Assembly: GCA_903900235.1 (NCBI GenBank)
Contig: CAIUMH010000133.1
Location: forward strand, 4,889 to 68,888
Direction: 5' to 3'
Origin: an uncultured Actinomycetes bacterium
GTDB lineage: Bacteria > Actinomycetota > Acidimicrobiia > Acidimicrobiales > RAAP-2
Length of the DNA: 64,000 bases
The translations under genes and the position numbers were made by a program. Positions 30,817 through 39,121 of the stretch are shown piece after piece. The notes beneath the pieces were generated by a model. The model ran no database searches, was not told where the DNA came from, and saw nothing but the letters and a program-made list of their open reading frames with translations. The stretch's first letter is position 1, and each line of letters opens with the position of its first letter.

Positions 30817-31810
30817 GGATTCCCTCCTCGGGGGTCGAGAGCGCCAAGAACAGCGCCGCCATGCGGACCGGGACCCCATTGGACACCTGCCGGCGGACCA
30901 AGCAGCGATCATCGTCTGCGACCATCGAGGAGATCTCGACACCGCGAACCATCGGGCCCGGGTGCGTGATCAACGCGTCACCGCGTAGCAGCGCTGCGCG
31001 GCGGTCGGTCATGCCATAGGTTGCCGTGAACTCGGCCAATGACGGGACGAACGAGCCACTCCCGCGCTCTTCTTGCATCCGGAGCACCGACACGATGTCT
31101 GCCTCAGCGAGGGCGGCATCGAGATCCTCGACGACAGTGACCGGCCAATCGGCAGGTCCCGTCGGGAGCAAAGTCCCCGGGGCGCAGATGGACACGTCGG
31201 CGCCAGCAAGCACATAGGCATCAATTTGGCTGCGAGCCACGCGGGAGTGCCGGATGTCTCCGATGATCAGCACTCGGCGGCCCTCAAGCAGCGACACCCC
31301 GGTCCCCTCGCTGGTTCGACCCTCTTGGGCGGCGATCGCCTGGCGGACGGTGAACAGATCAATCAGCGCCTGGGTCGGATGGGCGTGCCAGCCATCGCCG
31401 GCGTTCAAGACCCGGGCTCGGTCCATCCATCGGGCCACTTGGTGAGGAGCTCCCGCCGAGCTGTGCCGGATCACCACTGCGTCGATGCCCATGGCCTCGA
31501 TCGTCTCGACGGTGTCTCGGAGCGACTCGCCCTTCTTGACCGAGCTCGAAGCCACGGCCAATGACAAGACGTCAGCTGACAGACGTTTGGCAGCCGTCTC
31601 AAAGCTCAGGCGTGTCCTCGTCGACTCCTCGAAGAACAGCGAGGCGACGACCTTTCCCTTGAGTGTTGGGACCTTGCGAACACTCCGCCGCTCCACCTCG
31701 CAGAAGGCTTCCGCCACCTCGAGATGCTCGATCAGGGCATCGATCGTCAGGTCGCTGATCGACAGCAGATGCTGTCCGACAACATCGGACTTCACCGGAA
31801 GATCGCTCAT
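30809..31810 (-). CDS. pyrB: aspartate carbamoyltransferase catalytic subunit
   Basis: FFEESTRTRLSFE...HPTQAL...HPGP. Confidence 0.95.
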   Translation of the reverse strand: MSDLPVKSDVVGQHLLSISDLTIDALIEHLEVAEAFCEVERRSVRKVPTLKGKVVASLFFEESTRTRLSFETAAKRLSADVLSLAVASSSVKKGESLRDTVETIEAMGIDAVVIRHSSAGAPHQVARWMDRARVLNAGDGWHAHPTQALIDLFTVRQAIAAQEGRTSEGTGVSLLEGRRVLIIGDIRHSRVARSQIDAYVLAGADVSICAPGTLLPTGPADWPVTVVEDLDAALAEADIVSVLRMQEERGSGSFVPSLAEFTATYGMTDRRAALLRGDALITHPGPMVRGVEISSMVADDDRCLVRRQVSNGVPVRMAALFLALSTPEEGIRG

Positions 31811-32376
31811 CGTCCCACCAGCCGCCCGAGCCGCACGCCATCGAGCGAGACGTCAACCGCCTCCTCGCGAGCAGTGGGCAGGTTCTTGCCGACGAAGTCG
31901 GGGCGCACCGGAAGTTCACGATGACCGCGATCGACCACCACCGCGAGTTGGACGGATCGGGCCCTCCCGAAGTCGCCAAGGGCGTTAAGTGCAGCACGGA
32001 CCGTCCGCCCGGTGAACAGAACGTCATCGACGATCACCACGATCTTGCCAGTCAGGTCTCCGGGGATATTGGTGGCCGCCTCGGGAAGAACCGGTCGCAG
32101 GCCAATATCGTCGCGGTAGAAGGCCACGTCGAGAAGCCCAAACGGTGGAGCGTGACCCTCAATCTCGGTCAATCGGTCGCAGAGCGCCTCGGCGATCGGT
32201 GCGCCCCCGGTCTGCAATCCGATCAGAACGACGTCGTCGATGCCGTGGTTCCGCTCGACGATCTCGTGTGCCATGCGCGTCAGCGCCCGAGCGAGGTCGT
32301 CTTCGCTGAGGACCTCTGCATGTGGGACGAACACGGCACCGAGTGGGCGTGTGTGTCTACGCTCTCGATCTCCCAC
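31807..32376 (-). CDS. pyrR: bifunctional pyrimidine operon regulator / uracil phosphoribosyltransferase
   Basis: PRPP motif IVVIVDDVLFTGRT. It is the first gene of the pyr operon. SD GGAGG lies 6 nt upstream of GTG 32376. Confidence 0.9.
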   Translation of the reverse strand: MGDRERRHTRPLGAVFVPHAEVLSEDDLARALTRMAHEIVERNHGIDDVVLIGLQTGGAPIAEALCDRLTEIEGHAPPFGLLDVAFYRDDIGLRPVLPEAATNIPGDLTGKIVVIVDDVLFTGRTVRAALNALGDFGRARSVQLAVVVDRGHRELPVRPDFVGKNLPTAREEAVDVSLDGVRLGRLVGR

Positions 32377-32393
32377 TGCACACCTCCGGCCGT

Positions 32394-32413
32394 GCGAGCC
32401 TCACAGGACCCGC
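32394..32413 (-). promoter_or_regulatory. PyrR-binding RNA hairpin in the pyrR leader
   Basis: Minus-strand RNA GCGGG-UCCUGUGAGG-CUCGC matches the PyrR loop consensus (UCCAGAGAGG type; the UCCUGUGAGG variant is as in mycobacteria, from memory). It ends about 7 nt upstream of the SD. Confidence 0.55.
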
Positions 32414-32487
32414 TTCACGACGACGATCGCGACAGTAGCAGAGGTGATACGTCTCCGGCTGAGCCCTAAGGCCGGTGTCTTCGCCGG

Positions 32488-33162
32488 CTAGGCGAGGAAC
32501 GTGGCGATGAGTGCCAGAACCGTGGCGCTTGCCGCCACCCAGACCGCCCAGAGCCGACCGAGATGGGCCTGGTACCAGTTCGAGTGCTCAAGCTTGCCGA
32601 TCCGAGACCGGTTGAACAGCCCCACAGCGATCACCAACACCAACAGGAAGTGCGCCAGGTTTGATCCCATGAAGAACTCGAAGAGCGACGCGTAGGCCCC
32701 ATCGATGGTCGTGAAGGGAAGCACCTGGAACTGATAGATCTGCAGACCAATCGCCGCCAAACAGAACACCACGGCCAGACCAAGCAGGGGTGTCGTGGCC
32801 TTGCGGTGAGCACCCGAGCGAGCCTGGATCTCGGCCTGCCAGATGAAGAGTGCCGACACGATGATCAGTGCCGCCACACCCATCGTGTAGAGGCCGCTGG
32901 CCTCCGAGATGGGAGCCGTGATGGGGTTTCCGAGGCCATCGGTGCAGGGGTTCAACTTCGAGCAGGCGTTTCCGAGCCACATCCCGTTGACATTGAGCGT
33001 GCGCAGATAGAACCAGAAGAAGATCTCGAGCGCGAAGAACACCGCATCGCCGCCGATGAACAGCCAGAGCGCCATGTGCTCTTTCTTGTGCCGCTCCCGT
33101 GGCGACTCGTGGTGGCCGCCGCCCTCGTGCTGACCAGCCTCGCTGATCTCCGTGGTCGACAT
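32488..33162 (-). CDS. ctaE: cytochrome c oxidase subunit III
   Basis: Polytopic protein with HMALWLFIGGDAVFFALEIFFWFYLR; follows ctaD with a 1-nt overlap. Confidence 0.85.
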   Translation of the reverse strand: MSTTEISEAGQHEGGGHHESPRERHKKEHMALWLFIGGDAVFFALEIFFWFYLRTLNVNGMWLGNACSKLNPCTDGLGNPITAPISEASGLYTMGVAALIIVSALFIWQAEIQARSGAHRKATTPLLGLAVVFCLAAIGLQIYQFQVLPFTTIDGAYASLFEFFMGSNLAHFLLVLVIAVGLFNRSRIGKLEHSNWYQAHLGRLWAVWVAASATVLALIATFLA

Positions 33163-35093
33163 CAGAGGACCCCCTCTTCGTTTCCGAGACTGACCGAGCC
33201 GGCACCGACCGGCTCAGGCGTGAGCTGCGAGGTATCTGTTGCCTCTTCGCCGTATCCATAGGGATCCCTGGTGACCACCGGATCGACGAGGAAGTTCTCG
33301 AGTGGAACTGGTGTCTCGGTCTGCCACTCGAGGGACTTTGCGTGCCACGGGTTCGGACCGGCCTTGACGCCATTTCTCCACGAGTGGACGATGGCGTAGA
33401 GCAAGATCAGCCAGCCGGTCATCAGCGTGTAGGCCCCAACCGACGACATGATGTTGGCCGGCTGGAACAGCGGGTTGTAGTTGACCACCCGTCGCGGCAT
33501 GCCCTGGAAGCCTTCGAGGAATTGGCCGTAATAGGTGACCTGGATGCCAATGGCGATGAGCCAGAACGCCCACTTGCCAACTCGCTCGTTGAGCATGCGC
33601 CCCGAGACCTTCGGGAACCAGTAGCAGACAGCTCCCGCTGCGCCGACCATGGCGCCGCCGAGCAAGGTGAAGTGGAAGTGCGCCGTCACGAACATGTTGC
33701 CGTGGAAGTACTGGTCAGCCGGGACGTCGGACAGATAGATGCCGGTGACGCCACCGATGATGAAGTTCCAGAGGAACAGATACAAAAAGTACATCGGCAA
33801 TCGCGCCCAGATGTTGCCACGCCAGATCGTGCCGACCAGGCACAAGAACAGCACGCCGGTCGGAATCGAGATCAACTCAGTTGTGAGCATGAACGGGTTG
33901 GCCAATGTCGGTGCCCATCCCGTGGTGAACATGTGGTGGGCCCAGACCATGATTCCGAGGCCAGCAATGGCCATCATGGCGCCGACCATCGCTTTGTAGC
34001 TGAAGACCGGCTTGCGTGCGAAGGTCGAGGCGATTTCTACGAGTGCCCCGGCTGCAGGCAGCAAGATGACATAGACCTCAGGATGCCCCATGATCCAGAA
34101 GCAGTTCTCATAGAGCCAGCCGGCGCCCCCTTGGGCCGGGGCATACATCGACGTCCCCACCACTCGGTCAGTGATCAGCGCTGATTGAGCCATGAGGAAC
34201 GCTGGCATGGCATAGAGGCCGAGCCCACCAGCGATGATCGAGCCCCAGACGAAGATCGGAAGGCGACCCATGGTCATCCCCTTGGCCCGCATGGTGATCA
34301 CCGTGACCAAGGTGTTGATGCCGGCGACCGTGACCGAGATCACGAAGGTGCAGATGGTCACCGCGAACATGTCCTGTCCGGGGAACGACTGCACCGAAAG
34401 CGGGGCATAGGTGGTCCAGCCCGAGTCGACGCCACCCACGAAGAAACTTCCGAGGATGGGCGGCACTGCCGCCACGACAACCCAAAAGCTCAAGGCATTC
34501 AGCCGCGGGAAGGCCATGTCCTTCGCACCGATCATGATCGGCATGATGAAGTTTGCGAATGGCCCCGACACCATGATGATCGTGGCGATGATCATCACCA
34601 TGCCGTGAACGGAGACCAATGCGTTGTAGGACTGCGGCGAGAGCCAGTTCATATGCGGGCTCAGCAGCTGGGTGCGGATCATCATCGCCATGGCACCACC
34701 AGCGCCAAAGAGCGTCATGACCAGCACGAGGTACTGGATTCCTACGACCTTGTGGTCAGTGCAGAACTTGAAGTAGCGCTTCCACCCTTGACCTACACCG
34801 GCCCCGTAGAGCTGGTCCTCGTGATCCTCGTCCCTGCCCAAGATCCACCGACCGACGGCATTGAATGCTCCCATGCCGAGCAGGAAGCCGATCACCCATC
34901 CCACGCAGGTCACGGTGACCGTCATGTCCGAGCCCCAATTTGAGCCCTGGAGGAGCTCTTGGCCGATCAGCCAGCCAATGAACCCGAACACAATGCCGGA
35001 GATCAGGCCAGTGCCGAAGTTCTGGTGGCGATAGAGCCCACCAGCCTTCGGGCCGAGGACCGTGTTCTCGAGGTACACCTCAGTTGATGTCAC
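33162..35093 (-). CDS. ctaD: cytochrome c oxidase subunit I with ~80-aa N-terminal 2-TM extension
   Basis: Contains TDHKVVGIQY, WIMGHPEVYVILLP and HHMFTTG. SD GGGGGA lies 4 nt upstream of GTG 35093. Confidence 0.95.
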   Translation of the reverse strand: MTSTEVYLENTVLGPKAGGLYRHQNFGTGLISGIVFGFIGWLIGQELLQGSNWGSDMTVTVTCVGWVIGFLLGMGAFNAVGRWILGRDEDHEDQLYGAGVGQGWKRYFKFCTDHKVVGIQYLVLVMTLFGAGGAMAMMIRTQLLSPHMNWLSPQSYNALVSVHGMVMIIATIIMVSGPFANFIMPIMIGAKDMAFPRLNALSFWVVVAAVPPILGSFFVGGVDSGWTTYAPLSVQSFPGQDMFAVTICTFVISVTVAGINTLVTVITMRAKGMTMGRLPIFVWGSIIAGGLGLYAMPAFLMAQSALITDRVVGTSMYAPAQGGAGWLYENCFWIMGHPEVYVILLPAAGALVEIASTFARKPVFSYKAMVGAMMAIAGLGIMVWAHHMFTTGWAPTLANPFMLTTELISIPTGVLFLCLVGTIWRGNIWARLPMYFLYLFLWNFIIGGVTGIYLSDVPADQYFHGNMFVTAHFHFTLLGGAMVGAAGAVCYWFPKVSGRMLNERVGKWAFWLIAIGIQVTYYGQFLEGFQGMPRRVVNYNPLFQPANIMSSVGAYTLMTGWLILLYAIVHSWRNGVKAGPNPWHAKSLEWQTETPVPLENFLVDPVVTRDPYGYGEEATDTSQLTPEPVGAGSVSLGNEEGVL

Positions 35094-35102
35094 GTCGTCC
35101 CC

Positions 35103-35960
35103 CTACTTCGCGTCCGTGGTGAAGAGCTTGATCGCCTTGGGTGATGCACCCTTCTGAGCAAGCCAATGTTCGAATTGCTTCTCCGTGACCACCCTTCCGG
35201 TGGTCTGCATGTAGGCGTGCTCAAGGCCGCAGAGTTGGCTGCAACGCACATCGAACTTGCCGAGCTTGTTCGGGCTGGCGGCGATGGTTGTCGAGAACCC
35301 AGGGTTGGCATCGACCTGGACGCCCAGCTGCACCGGCCAGAAGCCGTGTGTGACGTCCTTGCTTGAGACCTCGAATACCACTTGGCGGTCCACCGGGAGC
35401 ACAAGTTGCGTCGAGGTGATCTTGGTGCTGCCGTACTGGAAGGTCCACACCCACTGCTGGCCCACCACCTGCATCCGGATGGCGTCACCCTGTGGTGTCT
35501 GTTCGGAGGAGAGCACCATCATCCCCCAGAAGAGCAGGATGACCACGAGGACCACGGAGATGCTGAGCCAGATGACGGTGGCGGGCCCATGGCCTCGGAG
35601 GGCGACACCGTCCTCGGGTGGAGTGTCGCTCTTGCCCGATCCGCGCTTGTTCCACTTGATCAACGAATAGGCGGCGATGCCGTACACCACGGCCGATACC
35701 GGCGCAGCGATCACCGTGAAGACGACGATGGTCAGCTTGACTGAATCCTGCTGCGAGGAGGAGGAGCCATTGAGGACGTGGACGGGGACGAACAGGCCGA
35801 TCAGCACGCCGATCAGGGTCATGAAGGACCAGATGATGAAGACCCCGAAGAATGGTCGCTTCCAGATCGGTCCGCCCTTGAAGAACGGCTCAACCTGCTT
35901 GGCGACCTCCTCGCGCTTGCCTTCGTGGAACTCGTCGATCTCGATGTTCTCAGACGACAT
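35103..35960 (-). CDS. ctaC: cytochrome c oxidase subunit II (CuA, no fused cytochrome c)
   Basis: N-terminal TM helices, DVTHGFW, and the CuA motif CSQLCGLEHAYM. Confidence 0.9.
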   Translation of the reverse strand: MSSENIEIDEFHEGKREEVAKQVEPFFKGGPIWKRPFFGVFIIWSFMTLIGVLIGLFVPVHVLNGSSSSQQDSVKLTIVVFTVIAAPVSAVVYGIAAYSLIKWNKRGSGKSDTPPEDGVALRGHGPATVIWLSISVVLVVILLFWGMMVLSSEQTPQGDAIRMQVVGQQWVWTFQYGSTKITSTQLVLPVDRQVVFEVSSKDVTHGFWPVQLGVQVDANPGFSTTIAASPNKLGKFDVRCSQLCGLEHAYMQTTGRVVTEKQFEHWLAQKGASPKAIKLFTTDAK

Positions 35961-36663
35961 GGATGTACCCCGACATGAATCCGTATGCGCTCATCACTGC
36001 TCCGAATCCTCCGATGCCGTTCCCGCACGGGAACTCACAGTTCCACTCGTAGAGACCCTTGTTGCCCGAGACAAACGAGAACTCCATCACCTGGGGCGTT
36101 GATGTGTCGGTGGGGTTGCCCGGGTTCAGTGGAGCAGCCACGTTGAGGAAGAAGTGGGGGTCGACGCCCGGCTCCGCTCGCACCGTGAAGGTGTGGCCGA
36201 CCTGGGAAGGATCGATGCCCGACGCTGGGATCTCCTTCCCATTGAGCGTGACCGGTCCGACCGTCCCGGTGGGCTTGGCAAACCACGAGTTGTTCAGTGA
36301 CCCACCCGAGTCACGCTGCTCCCAGTGCACCTTCACCAGCGCATGAGCTGGGATTTGAAAGACATTCGACGGTCCATAGGCAGGCCATCCTGGATTGCCG
36401 TTCTTGTGAATCGCTACCGGCTTGGTCCCAGCGGGTGCGCCAGTCGAGGCATCGAAGGTGCCAGTGGAATCGGGGTAGCTGTAGAGGTTCAACGTGTAGA
36501 CCTTGAGCGACTTGCCGTTGACCATTTGGGTGGTCCCGGTGTCTACGGCCTTGGTGGTCGGTGCGACTGACTGGTACTTCTGCGCATGGAATCCAATGCC
36601 GATGGCCACGAAGATGGCCGCACCGATGAGCACGGTTACCAGAGCGCCGATGGCTCTCTTCAT
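35950..36663 (-). CDS. membrane-anchored cupredoxin-like protein with Cx3C motif
   Basis: N-terminal TM anchor MKRAIGALVTVLIGAAIFVAI. C-terminal region HTFTV...YEWNCEFPCGNGIGGFGAVMSAYGFMSGYIHVV. Strong SD AGAGGGGGGA precedes ATG 36663. It overlaps the ctaC start by 11 nt. Confidence 0.6.
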   Translation of the reverse strand: MKRAIGALVTVLIGAAIFVAIGIGFHAQKYQSVAPTTKAVDTGTTQMVNGKSLKVYTLNLYSYPDSTGTFDASTGAPAGTKPVAIHKNGNPGWPAYGPSNVFQIPAHALVKVHWEQRDSGGSLNNSWFAKPTGTVGPVTLNGKEIPASGIDPSQVGHTFTVRAEPGVDPHFFLNVAAPLNPGNPTDTSTPQVMEFSFVSGNKGLYEWNCEFPCGNGIGGFGAVMSAYGFMSGYIHVV

Positions 36664-36712
36664 CTCGTCCCCCCTCTGCTGACGCAACCAAGATGCTCAG
36701 CCTGTTGGCAAC

Positions 36713-36718
36713 ACCTTA
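36713..36718 (-). promoter_or_regulatory. candidate -10 box TAAGGT for the cupredoxin-ctaCDE operon
   Basis: It is the only TANNNT in the minus-strand sequence upstream of ATG 36663, and would give a ~45-nt leader carrying the SD. Confidence 0.3.
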
Positions 36719-36765
36719 CGGCAAGTTGGCCATTGCTGCAGGAATGATCGACAGCACGTCAGCGG

Positions 36766-36771
36766 TACGGT
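36766..36771 (+). promoter_or_regulatory. -10 box TACGGT, leaderless start at 36778
   Basis: TACGGT-ctatgc-ATG, a 6-nt spacing. Confidence 0.5.
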
Positions 36772-36777
36772 CTATGC

Positions 36778-37125
36778 ATGGCCGCTCCGCAGGAACGATT
36801 GAAGGGTGCTGCTGCGCTCCGAATTCACGTCGGCCTCGCGCTCTGCCTGATTATCTGCCTAGGCATCGGCTCGTTCGAGCTAGCCAGGGCCTTGGGCGGA
36901 AATCTGCTGAGTTGGGCCTATGTGATCGAATGGCCCGTGCTGGCCGGGTTCGGAACGTTCATGTGGTGGCGGCTCCTCCACGGTGACCCCGTCCGCAAAC
37001 CTCCGACCTCGGCCAAGGCCATCGCCCGCCAGGCGATCGATGACAGCGACCTTGCCGCGTGGAACGCATACCTCGCCGACCTCCATCGCCATCAGTCCGA
37101 CACTGACGGCCCGCCGGCTCGCTGA
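36778..37125 (+). CDS. small 2-TM membrane protein, unknown function
   Basis: Two hydrophobic helices (LRIHVGLALCLIICLGIGSF; VIEWPVLAGFGTFMWWRLL) and a leaderless promoter pattern. It sits between two oxidase operons. Confidence 0.65.
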   Translation: MAAPQERLKGAAALRIHVGLALCLIICLGIGSFELARALGGNLLSWAYVIEWPVLAGFGTFMWWRLLHGDPVRKPPTSAKAIARQAIDDSDLAAWNAYLADLHRHQSDTDGPPAR

Positions 37126-37128
37126 GGA

Positions 37129-38004
37129 TCAGACCTCTCGACCAAGTGAACGTTCGAAGGCTGCGCTCAGCCCACCCTCGTTCACCATGAACCTTCGGAC
37201 GATCAGGATCAGGGCGGGAATCGACCAGAAGTCGCCACAAATCCATAAGATCCCCGCCGCCACCTGCTGATCGTGGAACGCCGGGGCAGGACCGAGCATG
37301 GCGATGTTCATCTCGTACCATGCACCTCTGCTCATCACCGCCATCGACACGGCCAAGATGAGCATGGCGAAGGCCGTCGCCACGACGCTTATGGCCTGCA
37401 TCCCGAGCTTCCCTCGTGGCGGGCTCGGATGGCTCGGCAGGATGATCCTCCAGAACAGATACCCCGACCCGACGAAGCTCAGCGTCATGAGCCAGGTGTG
37501 AGCCCACTCGGTGCGACCTGCCCAGTTCATGATCACCGGGAGATGCCAGAACACCATGGTGCCATTGAAGATGATCAGCCCGAACAGAGGTGTCACCACT
37601 AGTCCGCTAAGGCGCCGAGTCAACCAGCGAGATCGGCCCAACTGCCATCCGGCGAGCACGCGACGACGGAGGCCGACGGGCAGCATGAACAGTGCCGGTA
37701 CCCATGGAGCCCCAACGATGAGGAGCACCGGGAGATAGAACATCTCAAGGACATGGAGCGCCATGTGGATCGACAGGTGCTCCATCGACAGCCCAGCCAG
37801 AGGACTCGACTCGATGATGCACATCACCACGAGTCCCGCCTCATAGGCCAGGGCGCGCCGGCGCCACCGAGCAGACTGAGCCGGTCGGCTCCGAGCTCGG
37901 AGTCGGACGAGGCCAATCTCTTCGATTGCCACCAACGCAATGGCTGCCAGCCACAGTGGGCTGAACGCCCACGACACCGGCATTGCCTGGGACATGTTGA
38001 TCAT
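37129..38004 (-). CDS. ctaG: cytochrome c oxidase assembly factor CtaG (caa3_CtaG family)-like membrane protein
   Basis: Polytopic protein with HMALHVLEMFYLPVLLIVG...FWHLP...HDQQVAAGILWICGDF, a pattern I recognise from Bacillus-type CtaG. Confidence 0.7.
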   Translation of the reverse strand: MINMSQAMPVSWAFSPLWLAAIALVAIEEIGLVRLRARSRPAQSARWRRRALAYEAGLVVMCIIESSPLAGLSMEHLSIHMALHVLEMFYLPVLLIVGAPWVPALFMLPVGLRRRVLAGWQLGRSRWLTRRLSGLVVTPLFGLIIFNGTMVFWHLPVIMNWAGRTEWAHTWLMTLSFVGSGYLFWRIILPSHPSPPRGKLGMQAISVVATAFAMLILAVSMAVMSRGAWYEMNIAMLGPAPAFHDQQVAAGILWICGDFWSIPALILIVRRFMVNEGGLSAAFERSLGREV

Positions 38005-38020
38005 CGGTGAGCCTCCTCAC

Positions 38021-39121
38021 TCATGACGACGTCCCATAGGGAAGCGGGAGCACCCGACGAGTCTCGACCACCCATCGGTGCTCGCCGCGACGAAGGCCCG
38101 AAATCACGACCCTGCGGCCATCGACAGCGAATGCATGTACCGAGCCTGAGGCGCCATCGACCACTGCCTGGACCTTGGGGGAAAGGGCAGGGCCAATCCG
38201 ACGAGCTGGAGCGCTGGCGCCAAGCCGCCACGCCTGCACTCGGTTCCCAGTGACAGATGCCACCACATAGCTCGAGCCCTGAGCCGCCAGTGACGTCACC
38301 GCTGTTGAGCGCAGATCAGCCCCAACTCGGGCCGGCTCCGACCACGTGATCCCCCTCGATCCAATGGTGGCCATCCGTAGAACCGGGTGTGACCCACCCG
38401 ACTGCGCCAGTGCGACCGACCCCGACACTGTGGGATCGACCCGAACTGCATGCCACAATCGTGATCCTCCGATGCGGTTGGCCATCCATCCCCTCCCGGG
38501 ATGCCGCTCGAGTAGCCCGGAATACCCCGGGCGGCTGCACCGACCACCAACCACCATCGTGCCGTCAGTCATCACCGCTGCCGAGGTCGCTGCCGACAAG
38601 CCACATTGACGACCGGCTGGGCTTGCCGCGAGTTGGCGGGCCGAGAGGAGGGGTCTCATCGGGCTGAGGCGGTGGCGCGCCATCAGAACCCCACCGCTGG
38701 CCGAGATCGCAGCCATCTGCCCGCTCACCGGGTTCACCGTCAAGGCAGTGGGCTGCGCCAGAATCGCCGAGACCACATTGCCAGCCCGACTCGGCTGGCC
38801 AGCCATGAGCCCCTGGATCACTGAGACATGACTCGCATCGAAGGCCAGCACGCTCACAGCTCCGGCCTCCGGGCTTGCGATGATGATCCCGCCATTCGTC
38901 GCCGTTCCTCGAGGCGTCGACAGCGACCATGTTCCGCCGGTCGAGGTGAACGTTTGGAAGAACCGGTTCGATGGATCACCGAGGTGACCTGTCGGGACGA
39001 CGGCCATGCTCACAGCCCCCTGCCGGGACCCTCCGGCCAAGGTGGCTGCTCCCCCTGCCACCGGGACCGCCACCGCCGAGAGGGCAACCACCACCCCCAC
39101 CGACCGCACCAGCGCCCTCAC
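38021..39121 (-). CDS. secreted protein of unknown function
   Basis: Sec-type signal peptide VRALVRSVGVVVALSAVAVPVAGGAA. The mature part is Gly/Ser/Ala/Val-rich and repetitive, beta-strand-like. There is a GTGA overlap with the upstream gene. Confidence 0.6.
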   Translation of the reverse strand: MRALVRSVGVVVALSAVAVPVAGGAATLAGGSRQGAVSMAVVPTGHLGDPSNRFFQTFTSTGGTWSLSTPRGTATNGGIIIASPEAGAVSVLAFDASHVSVIQGLMAGQPSRAGNVVSAILAQPTALTVNPVSGQMAAISASGGVLMARHRLSPMRPLLSARQLAASPAGRQCGLSAATSAAVMTDGTMVVGGRCSRPGYSGLLERHPGRGWMANRIGGSRLWHAVRVDPTVSGSVALAQSGGSHPVLRMATIGSRGITWSEPARVGADLRSTAVTSLAAQGSSYVVASVTGNRVQAWRLGASAPARRIGPALSPKVQAVVDGASGSVHAFAVDGRRVVISGLRRGEHRWVVETRRVLPLPYGTSS

